A stretch of 64,000 nucleotides of DNA from Bilabrum cf. latius (Eukaryota). Shown here in pieces: positions 40,301-53,400 of the stretch; the stretch's first letter is position 1, and each line of letters starts with the position of its first letter. The translations under genes and the position numbers were made by a program. The notes beneath the pieces are model-generated. The model searched no databases. It was not told the DNA's origin and saw only the letters and a list, made by a program, of their open reading frames with translations. The stretch covers positions 620,001 to 684,000 of the forward strand of contig OZ237759.1 in assembly GCA_965178125.1 (NCBI GenBank), given 5' to 3'.

Positions 40301-43300
40301 AATCCTCAGGCGACGACGTGGATCGTCTGTAGCCCGACGCCACATCTGCCGTCCTACTCGTGGCACCGCCAGAAGATGTCCCTGGTGCCCCTGTGACCGC
40401 CCTCGGAGTGGAAATCAGCCTGCAGGACCTGCCTCGCGACATGCAGTCTTTGTCTGCTATCGCAACGGAAGATGGATGGGTACCGCTGTCGTTCGGTGGA
40501 TCCACCGGTGGAGCAGTTCTTGACCTGCCCCCAGGCAACCGCACTGGGGCCGCTGAGAGGCAGCGTCTGGTGGACCTTGGGAGGGTTCCAGCAGACAGCC
40601 TGAGGTGGAGCATCGCTGCAATCAACTCGTCAGTTGGAGACGGCGAGATTGACTCCACGGAGCACCAGACCGAGCTTGCTCCTGTGGACCTGCCACCGGC
40701 AAACGGCACCGATGTGGGCGATGCCGCTGCGGGCTCCCACCTGCACTCGCACCCCACGGGTTTGGGCATTCACCCGAGCGTTCGGGCAGTCCGGATCGAC
40801 GGTGTTCCCCCCATGGGCGAGATACAGCTCCGAGTAGTGAGCTACAACAAGCACGGTCCTAGCGTCTACTCGCCTGTGGTTGTCATACGTTCGGCTTCGA
40901 CAGTCCCCTAGCGCCCGCCACAGCCAGCTGCCACTGCTCCGCTGACGTACGACACCTCCACAGTGTCTGTGGATGTTTCGTGGAATGTTGACACCGACGG
41001 GGACGGGAACGGTCAGCGCATCACTACGGTCGAGGTGCAGTGCAAGCCTGCTCTCTCTGGGTCGACTAGGTGGGTGACTGCCACATCGGACACGCAGCTG
41101 TCTGGAGATCCGGTGTCAATCAGGCGCATCCAGGGGTGTGAACTGAAGCCAGGAGTGTCGTACGAGGTGAGGCTTCTCTCAATAAACTCGGTGGGAAGCT
41201 CGACGCCTTCTGACGCAGTGACTGTGACGATTCCGTCCGTCACGTGCAATGCAGGCTTCGAGCAGTCGCTTGACGGGACGCAGTGCCAGAGGTGCGGCTC
41301 AGGGAACGTGTCAACGGTCGCTCGGTCCATTGACAAGGCAGTCTGCGTGCCGTGCCCCCAGGGGGAAAGAGCCAGTTCCATCAGGGATGTGTGCCTGGAG
41401 CGGCCGCTGGCACCGCTCATTGGCACTCGAAGGGCCGTGAGGGAAGGTGACAGGCTGACTATTCAGGCGCAATGGGTCCTGCCGACAATGGTACAGGCAA
41501 AGCATCAGGCCCCTCTTGTGAACTTGTATATTTACGCCAAGCGGATAGCTGTAGAGGATGGTGGTGCGCCAGCACTTTCCGACACGAATTCTACAGACGC
41601 GGGAAAGGGATCTTCCGGTAGAATAGTCCCTGAGACAGCAGCTGAGCTTTCATCCAGCCCTGAATGGGTCCTTGTCACTACTGCGGATCCCACCACGGGG
41701 GCAAGTGGGAATGTGGAGGCGCGGGAGGTTCCTGTGAGCCAGGCGCTCCGGCCTTCAAGGACGTACGTTCTTGTGGCCGCTCTGCAGAACGATGTCGGTG
41801 TGTCGTTGCCATCGGAGCCGGCCGTGGTGCTGACACCGGATCTGACGTGCTAGCCCGGATTTGAGAAGTCCCCGGACCTCACACAGTGCCAGCGGTGCGG
41901 TGCAGGCAATGTATCGTTGAGCGCACAACTGTTGCAGAACGCTGTGTGCTCGCCGTGTCCAAGCGGCACACGAGCTAACGAGCAACGTGATACCTGTCTC
42001 GAGCGACCCCCGCGGCCACTGATTGGCCAGCGGCGTGCCCTACGTGCAAACGATCGATTGGTGATCGAAGCAGAATGGGCTCTGCCGGCACTTACGGAGC
42101 CTCGGTTCTAGTCGCCGCTGGTTCGTGTGTCTGTATATGCTCGGCGCATACCAGTGGATAGTGACGGTTCCGCCGGAACAGCAGGGAATCCCGCCGATGA
42201 TGACACTGGTGATGGGTCGTCGGTGCAGGGTCTGGTGCCAAGCACTGCCGCAGAGCTGGCAAATAGTGCCGAGTGGACTCTGGTGAGCACCGGGGATCCT
42301 TTGGCGTCGTCATCAGGCGAGATTGTGGCGCGCGAGGTGCCTGTGGGCACGCCATTGCGACCCAGCAGGGCGTACGTCCTTGCAGCCACTCTTCAGAACG
42401 AGGTGGGCGTGTCCTTGCCCTCGGAGCCGGCCGTGGTGCTGACCCCGGATCTCGTGTGCCCAACTGGCTTTGCAGGTGCTGAGGATGGACTGACATGCAT
42501 CGAATGCGAATCCGGTTCCAGCAGTCCTGGTGGAAGCGTGTCTGCTTCAAGATGCGCCCCCTGCGAGCCCGGGTTCTTCACCCCGGATGGTGCCCCGCGA
42601 TCAGTCTGCCGAGAATGTCCCAGCGGTACGTTCCAGTCCGGGCCAGATAGGTGTGACCCGTGTCCCTAGGGGCAGTACTCACCCCCAGGACAGGCAGTGT
42701 GCACGCAGTGCCCCCAATAGAGCAGCGCGGGCTCTTTGTTTCAGTGCACTCAAGGCCAGGTGCAGATCGCCGCGCTTGGCGTGTGGGTTCCTCCCCAGGA
42801 GCACGGTGCGCCTGTGACGAACGCGACAAGGGTGTTCGCCTGCCCACTGGCCTCGTCCTGCATCTCGGAAGCTGTGACCAACGAGACAACAGGGGAGACA
42901 AGGGTCCAGAGCACCTGTGCCGAAGGATTTACGGGGCCTCTATGTGCCAAGTGCGAGGAGGGATACGCCCGCATGGGAGAGGCCTGCCTCCCTTGTCCGA
43001 AGAATGAGGCTACCACCACTGGCCTGGGCGTCGTAGGTGCAATCGTCGGAGTGGCAATCATCACATTTGTGGTCCGGAGGTCTGTGCTGGGGAATCCACA
43101 ATCCATCAGTAGCGTGGCCACGAAGATTTTTCTCAACTACGCTGCTGTTCTAGGCCAGCTGTCTCAGTTCTCGTTGCCGCAGCCTCCCTTGTTCGCCTAG
43201 TTCTCAGCCTACTTCACCACCGCATCGACTGGGGGCATGTCCCCCAGCGGGGTGTCAGCGTAGTGCGTAGCACAGCTGCCTTTTACAACCACGATTTGGG

Positions 43301-44988
43301 TCGGCGCTGCCGCCCCACTGGCCGTGACTGTCGTGCTTGCGCTGTTGCTGCTAGTACCGCACATGCTGCTGTAGATCCCTTGCATCGATGCAGCCTGCAC
43401 CACGCTCGGGACAACAATTCTGTGTGCTTGCCGGCGGCTCGGATGTTGTCCCGATGGTGATAGTGTGGGGGGCATACCTAGTATGGCACCATCGGTACGA
43501 GGTGACACGTTTAGCGCCATAAACGTCATGAGCAACCGGTAGATGCAATCCCAAAAGAACAGCAAAGATTCGAGTGGAAGCAGTGGCGCCGCCGCTTCCG
43601 CTTCGCCTACAAGGGCCGCCGAGGATACCTTTCAGGCAAAGCATATCTAGCGGAGCCCATCGACTGTGATAGTTCGCTCCAGTAGCAGGAGAAACAGCGA
43701 CCGTAGCAAAGCTGTAGTGACTTCGTAGCCTGCATTGGCCTTGTCTCTCATGAGACCAGCGACGGTGGCACCCGGCACACTCCCTCGCACTAGCCGAGCA
43801 CTCACAATTCATGACATGTAGATGCAGCAACAGAAGAGGCAGGCACGGTTGCATGAACCCTCTTCGTTTTCCTCAGTTGGCACCACGCCGAGTCCCTCCC
43901 TGCTGGACTGGTTCCTGGCAGCCTCTGTTGTCGTCCTATTCCTCGTGCACACCACCGTCACTGAGACGATGACCAAGGCTTTCATATGCTTGCCCGAATC
44001 GCTCCCAGTGAATGGGTAGGAGGGCTAGGTCCTTGTTGCAGACGTTGAAATCATGTGTGGGGATCCGCGCGTCGTGCTTCCAGGTGTCATCGGGCTGCTG
44101 GCGTGGACGATCGGAATCCCGGTGCTGGGGATGTTAATCTTGTTCAGGTATCGCGAGAGGCTGGACGAGCCGCGCATTCTGATGATGTACGGTTTCCTAC
44201 ACAAAGGGTACGGCAAGAACGTGTGGTTCTGGGAGGTGGTTGTCCTGATGCGGAAGGTCCTCGTCCTGGCGATGGCAATCACGGCGAGGGACGATCCGTT
44301 CCTGAGTGCTTTCTATGGCTCTGCCGTTATCGCTGCCGCGCTCTTCTTACAGACGCTTGTGCAGCCCTACCAGTCTGCCCACCTTAACGCTGCTGAAACA
44401 GTGCAGCTGTGTGCGATATTTGTCACGCAGTTCGCGAGTATCCTGTTTTGGCATCAGGAGCAGGCGACCGCATCCGCTGGGAACGGAGCGATTGCCGTAA
44501 TGTTCTTCGTAAATTTTCTGGCTGTTCTCTTCATCGCCAGGGCTGCACTCTTATTGCGACTGGAGGAAGCAGCAACGCATAAGGAGGGAGCATCTACGAA
44601 GCAGTAGTAGCCGGGCTGGGTGGACTGTCTCACGTGCGGGGTATTCGGTGCTAGGAGCGGGTCTACGTGCGGATGGGCCTCACCCGTGCTCTTGCTTTGT
44701 GGAATGGATAAGGAGAAGATAAACGCGAGGCGGACAGCACTTTAGAGAACAAGTGGGCCCGCTGCTGGCAGCCGAGAGGCACATCAGCCACATAGGGCGC
44801 AGCAGTCCAACAGTTCCATGCCCGCAGTGGGTGTCAACAAGGTGGATGTGCGCATATTTGGAACACCCAGGAGATAGGGCTAGTCAAAGCCTGACTTGAG
44901 TTCCACATCTTCGGTTGGCGGGACTAATAAAGGCGTAGCGCAAACGGACGGAGGGCAGACGTACGTCGAAGTTGGGGTGAGAGTCTGA
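37341..44988 (+). CDS. Giant surface protein: FN3 repeats, Cys-rich repeats and multi-TM C-terminal domain (~2516 aa); exons 37341-37791 and 37889-44988
   Basis: FN3 motifs (GLRRENEYRFRVRAVNQFGAGDWS, DGGADITGYVV), CxxCP repeats, CAEGFTGPLCAKC, TM region with YGFLHKGY...FWEVV..RK and QPY..LN; phase-1 intron 37792-37888; ~26 in-frame TAG and no TAA/TGA over 7.1 kb; TGA 44986. Confidence 0.88.
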
Positions 44989-44994
44989 TTCAAG

Positions 44995-45035
44995 TTAGAG
45001 CGCAGCCAGAACTCGATCTGGAACACAGTTAGAGC

Positions 45036-45083
<48 letters not shown>

Positions 45084-46024
45084 CCAGCAGCACCAGCAGC
45101 ACCAGCAGCACCAGCACCAGCACCAGCAGCAGCCCCTGCGCAGGCAGGCACGAAGCCACCACCGCCGCCAGCGCCGTCAGCCCCAGCGTGGTCCCGAACA
45201 GCGTGCCGGGGAACACAAACACGAACGGCATCTCTGTGATCAGATTCAACTGAAGTGTCAGTGTCACGCTCACCAGCACTCCGATCCCCGTCCCCAGCAA
45301 GAACGCACTCGTCACAACCGACAGAGCCTCGGCAAGGTACACCACAGTGGTCTGCGTCCCGGTCAGCCCCAGGGCCCGAAGCACCCCCAGCTCCCTCGAG
45401 TTCTCCCGGATCGTCGCAGAGAAACTCAGCCACGCAGCGAAGAAGCACAGCGCGATCGACATCACGGCCACTGCGTTGAAGAGCACCAGCATGCCCTCGG
45501 CTGCCAGCTCCGTGGACTCGAGCAGGTTGGCAGTATCCTGCACCTGGAACCGATCGTCGGGTACCAGCATGCGCTGCAGTGCGGCACCTCAATATCATCT
45601 TGTAGGGAAAAGATGTTCATCTGCTGAGCCGGGACCTGACCGTCTTTGTCTCGCACGAACATCCTCCCTCACTCATAGGCTCATTTGGGGGTGGGGAACA
45701 TGGCCCCGGCAAACAGCACGAAGGCCACTGCCGTGCTCACCATGCTGTGCCCGCCCCAGTTCTTGGTCACCACCGTGTGCAAAGGCGCGTTGGGCCCCCA
45801 CACGAAGAGTCGCGCCACCAGTGGCTCGAGAGGGGGCCCTGCAGCATCTGCGCTATTAGGGCCAGGCCATGAACCCTGATCGCATGTTCCACTGATGCTT
45901 GAAACCACTTGCGGTAGTGTCTTACGTCAGATACTAGGGAGCACACCGATCCCACTTCCCGGCACAATGGACTCCCACCGAACGATGACCCAGGGCACCC
46001 CTTGAGTTGCATTGTCAGCCTCAT
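44995..46024 (-). pseudogene. FtsX/ABC3-type permease C-terminal remnant, apparently degenerate
   Basis: ENSRELGVLRALGL...YLAEAL plus flanking TM helices match FtsX-like permeases; in-frame TGA at 45589 with an apparent frameshift just upstream of the 191-aa ORF; C-terminus runs into a microsatellite. Confidence 0.55.
45035..45132 (+). repeat. (CAG)n/(CAC-CAG) trinucleotide microsatellite
   Basis: Seen directly; reads as poly-Leu/Val in the FtsX-like frame. Confidence 0.95.
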
Positions 46025-46560
46025 CCTGCGTCATCTACGGTTGCATGCGTGAATCTCAAGGCTAAGGAGATTTCATTTTATGTTGTTACAAATAAAAGTG
46101 CGTTAGTATGTTATTGATCATCCTGTTTAACTCAACATCGCTAATAATGCAAAATGCGAGACGATCTTGAAGCACGATTCGGAGTCAAATGTATTTTCCG
46201 AGAAGCAAGACTTTCGTCATCGAATCTCTCACAACCATACAACATACACAGAAAGTTAAGCAAGCTTTGTGCAAAAAGCGTAAAATTATATAGTGGTACT
46301 ACACGCATTGATTGTAACAACTTGAGCTACACACCTTTCGGGTAGCTAGCTACAAGTAAGGTCTCATTTGTAAGAACGCCTTCGCGTGCCATTATCGTGC
46401 GCGTGTGAGATAGTTAGCCCGTTTCTGAATTTTACTGACCTCAATACCCCACTTCATTTATCTTGCTCTGACACGTTTGTCTGTCGCTGAGCTGGACGGA
46501 GGCAATTTGAAGATTTCCCACCATTCGGTTTGTATCTCGCAGACGGAAGACCTGACCATC

Positions 46561-49500
46561 ATGCATGCAGCTGCTTCATCATCGAGCAGTTCATCCAGTT
46601 AGCATCCAATGCAACCCTCCGATGGTACTTTGGGTCGTCAAATGCTATCAGCTGCATCAGCCGCTGGCGCTTCGCTCCGACCGTCACGAGCATCCGACAC
46701 AGGCGCGGAGCCTACTAGTAGTCGCCCGGGCCCTCAAGACACAGATGCTTGGAAGAAGCTACTTACAAAGACTTGGGAACAAGTGCGGGAAACAAGCCTG
46801 TTCAAGAAAAGATGCGTCAGCATTCGCAACAGCAACATCGACAGGCGTGCGACGCTAGTCTCCAATTCTCCCGCGGTGGCCGGGGCTGCATCCAGTACCA
46901 CGGAGGAGCTGTGGACGCTGGACATGGGCAACCCTATGGACATCAGGAAATTCTTCAGGCTAAATGCCGCGCAGTTCCCAGGGGATGGGGCTGATGCAGT
47001 GAAAGCAGGACCGGGCGCGGCTGGCGAAATGGTCGGATCAAGCGGCAGTGGGAGGTCACGGGGAGCTGGTAGTACGGGTGCTTCCTCTTCACTCGGAGCC
47101 AGCGTCATCTTGGACGAGCTGCACAAGCCAGACACCACAGAAATACCGAGGAGGGACCAGCCGATTGTACCTTCGTCCGACTCTGGCCGGGACGACTTGG
47201 CTAGAGCTACGTATGAAGAGTTCAACAGGGCGGTGTTCGGGGGCCAGCTGCCGTCCTGCAGACTGCGGCGCACGGTGCAGTCAGCGCGTGAAGCAGTTAA
47301 TGAGTACTCCAAAGTGGTCCTAGCATGGTACGGCAAGGCGCACGTGACCAGGACAGAGCTATTCAGCTCGGCAGGAGCAGCTCGTGAGCGGCGGTGCATC
47401 ATCCTGCTCCCCCGCTTGGCGCTGACCGGGGTCAACAGGCTCAAGCATGCCATGCTCCGAGCCATGTGCACGACTGCTGGATGGCTGCTGGACGGTGGTA
47501 ATTCATTCGCGGGCTAGGCCGGTGATCTGTGGAGGATGCACGCCGCCACGCGCGTGCCGAGTGTCCCTGTACTGGCACCTCCAGCCTACCGAGTATTCTT
47601 CCCTTTTCGGTGGAAGTGTACGGCTTGTCAGCACGTGCATGGTGCATGCAGACACAACCGTGCCATTTCTGAGACGCACCAGTGCAGCTGCGGCAACGGC
47701 AGGCTCCAGTTTATCAAGAAGTTCGACGTGGCTCAGTTCCACAGTCCAACAGGCGAAGACGGCGACACTGCCGTTGGGGCGCAACGCAAGCGTCACATGA
47801 AGAAGCTGTCGTCACCAAGCCGTCCCAGAGAAAAAGATGCAGCTGTTGCAGCCAGAGTAAGGGGCAGCTTTGGGCAGAGAGTCCATGTGGGCTTGACCGC
47901 AAGCTCAAGGCGGCGGCGAAGTTGGAGACAGAGGCAGGGCACGCCGTCTCAGTCTCACACTCCTGCCTCTGGCGCAGGCGCCCATACCTTCAACAACTAC
48001 GCCGCACCGGGGTCCAAGCGGGCACGGCCTGACCAATACAATCAGGGAACCAACGACAGCGAGACAGGCAACGACAGCAGTCCAAGCAAGGTCGCGAGCG
48101 GCAGCGGCATGGAGACTGGTGCGCAACAGCCCCGTGCCAAAATGCGGAGAACCGAAGGTGGCGCTTAGTCTAGTGAGGGCGATTATGGCATCGACAGCGA
48201 TGACGACATAGAGGTGGTCGAGTTGTCGCCGGGCGGTGCACGCAGATACAGACTGATGAGTGGTGGAAATACACACAATCCGGAGGCATCCGACCAGGAC
48301 CAACAAGCTGCGACAGACGTACCACGCGGGCAGTAGGCGATGCAGCACGACGATGAGGACGGCTTCGAGCAATAGGACGTGAGCGATGTCATCCGAGCGC
48401 CGCCGCTGTCAGTCAGTGTGCTTGTACCTGTGACAGCAGGATCGAACCCAAGCGAAGCTGTGGGTGAGGGCTTCAACTCAGGACCACAATCGTCTGCAAG
48501 TCAGCTAGCCGGCATTGATGGGAATTGGGAACTTATGGGCCCTAGCTCAAATTCCAGTTCCAGTTCCGGTTCCAGTTCCAGCAGCATATCGAGCGCTGAC
48601 ACCAAAGCCAGTGTATGGCAGGAGGACCGTGCAGTGCAGCAGACCCACATCGGGTCCAGCGCCCGCCCTGGCTCCAGCACATGGAGAGTAGACCGTGCAG
48701 TGCAGCAGACCCACATCGGGTCCAGCGCCCGCGCTGGCTCCAGCACATGGAGAGTAGACCGTGCAGTGCAGACCCACATCGGGTCCAGCGTCCGCCCTGG
48801 TTCCAGCACATGGAGAGTAGACCGTGTAGTGCAGCAGACCCACATCGGGTCCAGCGTCCGCCCTGGTTCCAGCACATGGAGAGTAGACCGTGCAGTGCAA
48901 GAAGTACACATTGATGTTCCCGAGCGTGCGCATAGCTAGGCCACCGAGGTGGTGTCACACGCTAGCATCGCACCAGCAGTTTCTGCGACCTGTGCATCAG
49001 ATGCAACTGGCGCTGCGGCTGGACGTAAAGTCGACAGAGCGGCTGATGCAATGCCGCCGCCCGCCCCGCGTACTCAAGAGCATGGCATAGTGACAAAGTC
49101 GAGCGAAGAGGATCCCTGGGACCGCAGCTTTCGGCGATAGCTCCTGGTGTGTCTCAGACCCTTAGGATACAATCGCAGGGGGGACCAGGCCATAGTCGAA
49201 ATAGACCTGCGTATGAGGCTGTGGGATTTCGTCTAGCAGGCTAAGCATGTCAGACTCAGTCTATCCTGCTGTTGGAGCACGCCACTGGCGACTGGGACTG
49301 GTCTGAGCGCTTTAGAGAGGAGCATGATGAGCGTGATTCGGGCCAAAGCGATACACAACAACTCGGCACAAGCATTCGTAGACCTGGCACGCGAAGAGAT
49401 GGGGGCGGGTTCAATTCGCTGGCGGGACATGGACCTCCGGTACCTGTTTTCCCCACTGGTGCTCGACCCCACGGAAGTGCGTGCGATCCTGGTGGTGCGG

Positions 49501-49890
49501 GCCGGATCGACAGTGGCTGTACGGAAGCAGGTGGTTGCTAGCCTCCCGGACAGAACCAGCGTTCCTGATGCAAACTGGCTGGCAAAGGCTGCAGCAAAGC
49601 GCGGGATTGTGATCGTCGGTGTGCCGCCGTTGGCCAAGCTGCCCCACGCCAGGAACATGGCCTTGCTGCTGGCAGGGCAAGTGCTAGCGCAGGCTGGACC
49701 GAGCTGTCGGCTGTTCGCTGGAAGCGGACCCGCATCGACGTGCGACGCGAGCTGCGTGCTTGAGGCAGCTCAGGGGATCACACGGGCCCGTGGGGCAACC
49801 ATGGCGTCGCTGCTTGCCAGGTTGGAAAGGATGAAGGTGCTAAAGTGCGCCGATGGACCGTCGCGGGAGGCACTGCGGCAATTGCTTTGA
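46561..49890 (+). CDS. GCNA/ACRC-like SprT-domain protein lacking catalytic residues (~1110 aa); 5' end uncertain
   Basis: DDLARATYEEFNRAVFGGQLP...RLKHAMLRAMCTTAGWLLDG...WKCTAC...CSCG parallels the GCNA SprT domain and Zn ribbon; one frame with TAG at 46600, 47515, 48166, 48334, 48373, 48937, 49138, 49234; TGA stop. Confidence 0.72.
48625..48900 (+). repeat. 66-bp coding tandem repeat (DRAVQQTHIGSSARPGSSTWRV, ~4 copies, one of 63 bp)
   Basis: Seen directly. Confidence 0.92.
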
Positions 49891-50409
49891 TTTTAAAATC
49901 CAGAATGAAGAAGACCTGGCTGTATTCGAGCCATATCTCAATTTATGACACCGTGTATGCCGCCACTGGGAAAACCGGCAAAGTAGAAATCGGGCCGGAC
50001 CGCCTGACATGCTCAGCTAGCTACTGACGGGCGAATGATCGTAACTATTCTATGCCATCCTTATGCTTGTCCCGGGTCAGTAATTGGGACCACGGAATTC
50101 TTGTTTCAAAGGGCCCATAGAATTATTGCTGCGAACGATAAGCAATTCACCTTCTAAATTCTCGGCCCGTTTGGAGGATTCATCCCATGCAATGCCGCAT
50201 CAGGCGGTATCAACTACAATTGAACTTCATATCACTTGTCTGTGTTAGAGCAAAGCACATTACAGCCAATATCGCTAATAATCCAAAATCCGAGATGGTG
50301 CTGCACTTTCGGCTCCGAGCTTACTCCGAGTCGGCCACCAGGATTGGTGACGCCGACAACGATGCGTGGACTCCTCACAACTAGTAGTCGCGATCGGACT
50401 CACCCGGTC

Positions 50410-53400
50410 ATGGCAGCGATGCAGGGCCAGAAGAGAAGGTGAGACGCCCCCGGTTGCACAAACCAACTTGAAGTCCGTCTGCAATACGGGACAGCCCGCG
50501 AGCGGCTGCGGCTGGTGCGTGGAGCTATCCCCAAACTGGCCGCTACCAATACCATCCGGGCACTTGCACAGTCCAAACCAGACTACAACCAGGAAATGCA
50601 AGCCATGAATACCCACTTCACAAACGCAGCAAGCGACAGAGGCGACCAAAGGCGCTTCCCACGAGTCTAGATCCGCTGTTCTCGCAGCTGGTCCAGGCTC
50701 TTTCCAAAAAGGACTGCACCGGGAGCGAGGCACTTTGGGCGCAAATCGTCACCGAATGCACCGACTTGGACTTTGACCAGACCATGGTACTGAAGTACTG
50801 TCCTAGGGTGGCGCGCGAGACTGGCGTAAGTGCTTCTGCGTCGACCTTGGCCCAAGGCAACGCTACCTTCCAGTTCCAGTTGCGGCATGATCATGATGAT
50901 GCGAACGATTTCGATGATGAAGACACAAACTGTTCCAAATCGCAACACTTCTGTACGGTGCCTGGCCTGGTTGATGCTGTCGCTGCTGCTGCCGTTGGGC
51001 AGAGTGGCGCGGCCAGCAAGGAGCTCCCGGCTACATCTCCAGGGCTCGAAGTACCGGAGGCCCACTTACCGGCACCAGAAGCGAACTCTCACCCTCCCAA
51101 CCTCCTTCGCACGGAAGATCTTCGCTAGTGTTGGACCACGCACCTCACCAGGTTGAGCTAGATTCGAAGGGTGAAGACGTCGACGTTCTCAGGCGAACGA
51201 AGCATTCCCGCAAAACCGAAGGTAAGCCACCAAGTCATGCGCGCTGAGGCGTAGTTTGACGTGCCACTGTCGAAGAACGACCTAAAAATCGGGGCTAGTT
51301 GGTCGCGCGCAGCCGTACCAAGGGCTGCGAGTGCTGTTGCGGCGAGGTGTTTCGCTGCCTCTTCCGCCATATTGGTACTGGAATAGTGCACAAGCGCATT
51401 GCACGGGTCTGTCGCGAAGAGCGGGGCCATTTGCTCGCTTTTCACGGCTTGATTGATTGACTCGCGAGTAGCCGCATCTGCGTCCCGCAAAGCCTGCAGG
51501 CCAGCGCTACGCACTTCTGCTACTAAACCTTCCATATTCAACTTTAAATTTCTTAACGAATTATATATAAAGACTGTGAAACAAAGTACGTCTCTATAGC
51601 TCTGCTCACAACTGAGCTGAGCATCAACGGCCGTAGTTCCGTTTAGAACCCTCTATCTTCGCGAACCTTCGCTTCGAATTACCAAAACGCAGGATGATCT
51701 TACTGTGGTGCATCTGGCAGCAAATCTGCCAAACACATCAGTACTGGAGATTCTCTTGCAGGCAGGGGGAGATGCGCACCAGCCCAGCAGGCGAGCAGTT
51801 GTAAGATGAGCTTCACTCCAGTCTGCGCTATCTCGGCCCGTCTCGTTGCTCATGCATCGATTTCCTTGCTACGACCCAGAGTTTCTCCACGCATCGCAGC
51901 ATCCGCGGTACCCTGTCCAGCTCGCTGCGAAAAATGGTATGTGGCGAGCAGTCAAACTCCTGCTTGACTCTGGAGCGCAGGAGTCCGTGTACGCCAAAAC
52001 GAACGTAAGTGCGGTGTATCCGAAAGGGTTGATGCTCGATCATGCGATGCTGTCAATATACTGTAATGAAGATTGCGCTTCTTGTGCCTGCTCGCTCCCA
52101 CAGTCTGCCGGGAGGCCGTACGATGAGTGTGCCGACGAACCGCTCACTTAGGCCATCCGAGGACACCATCCGGAAGCTTGCATGGTGCTAGTGCAGTATG
52201 GAGCTCCATTGAGCATGTTAATTAGCGTGAGGAGTCTAGCATGGAATATACTTGGCTCACATCACATTGTCATGTTCGTGATTGCAGGGCAACGTCCACC
52301 GCATTGCATATCATTTGATGCATCCCACTCTATTGCAGATTTCTCAATCAAAGAGCGTGTCGCTGCTGCAGTTTGCAGTGCATGTGGCATAGACGACTGC
52401 GTCGCCTGTCGCGTCCTCCGACGCATAGTTGATCGTCAGCGCACTGAGCGCCAGCGGAACCTCGGACCGGGCTGCCTTCATTCGAACCATCGTGGAAGGG
52501 CTGCCGGAGGGAAGGCGGACCGAGCTCAAGGAGGCGATGCGCGATGTGGTTGCTGTGTCATCAGGGGGTACAGGAGCTGCTGCCGGAGCGGCTGCTGGTC
52601 AAGCGGCAGTGGCACCAGGTGAGGGAGCAGATGCGTCGGGCATGTCCTCGGGCCTGGTAGCAGGTGCTTCAGGCATATCTTCGGGCCAGGCAGCAGGTGC
52701 TTCAGGCATATCTTCGGGCCAGGCAGCGGCCGACTCGGTAACTTCTAGCCGAAGATCCGCCCAAACGGCCCAGTCGCCTTCAACACTCAGGAGTGGGCTT
52801 GATGGACACGTGCGGCCCGGCAGCTTGGCACCTGACTCCCGTTCTAAACGGTCAAGGGGTAGTGGCCGGGTCCTTACAGCTGATGCTCGCTTCATGCCAC
52901 GCAGTGGTGGCAAGACCACGGCCAGCCTATCGTCAGGTATGGGCTCTATCAGTGGGTCTGGCCATGCACGCGGGGCCTCTCTGTAGGGTATGGCAACTAC
53001 AGCCGTTGCCCCCACCCGTTCGGGCAGTTCAGGATGCGCCCAACCACCCGGCTCTGTGATACTTTGCTCCGAAGATAAGGGCCAGGATAAGGGGCGAGGA
53101 ATGCCAGAGCAAGGTGTCTTAATTCATGATGCCGACAGTCGTAGTGCAAGTCGCATGGCATGCGACGTCCCGAAGTAGGCACCATCACAAACGAGAGACT
53201 TGAACTAGCGAGGTTCAACCAGAAGGCCTTGCATCGCGTCCAAGCGCACGAGGCCAGGCTAGGGGCCTTCCTCGGGATCCAATGCGGGGTGGAAGCCGGG
53301 AAGGCTCGATTACAGGCCTTCCTCGGGATCCAGTGCGGGGTGGAAGCCGGGAAGGCTCGATTACAGGCCTTCCTCGGGATCCAGTGCGGGGTGGAAGCCG

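Noticed and set aside
16492-44988. Mass pseudogenisation or sequencing error as the cause of the broken ORFs
   Set aside because: Decay or error would also give TAA, TGA and frameshifts; dozens of interruptions are all TAG and catalytic motifs are intact.
37889-44988. TAGs as acceptors of many tiny frame-preserving introns
   Set aside because: No matching GT donors at consistent distances, the duplicated block aligns without gaps across a TAG, and removal would cut conserved motifs such as GR*HKSN in PrimPol.
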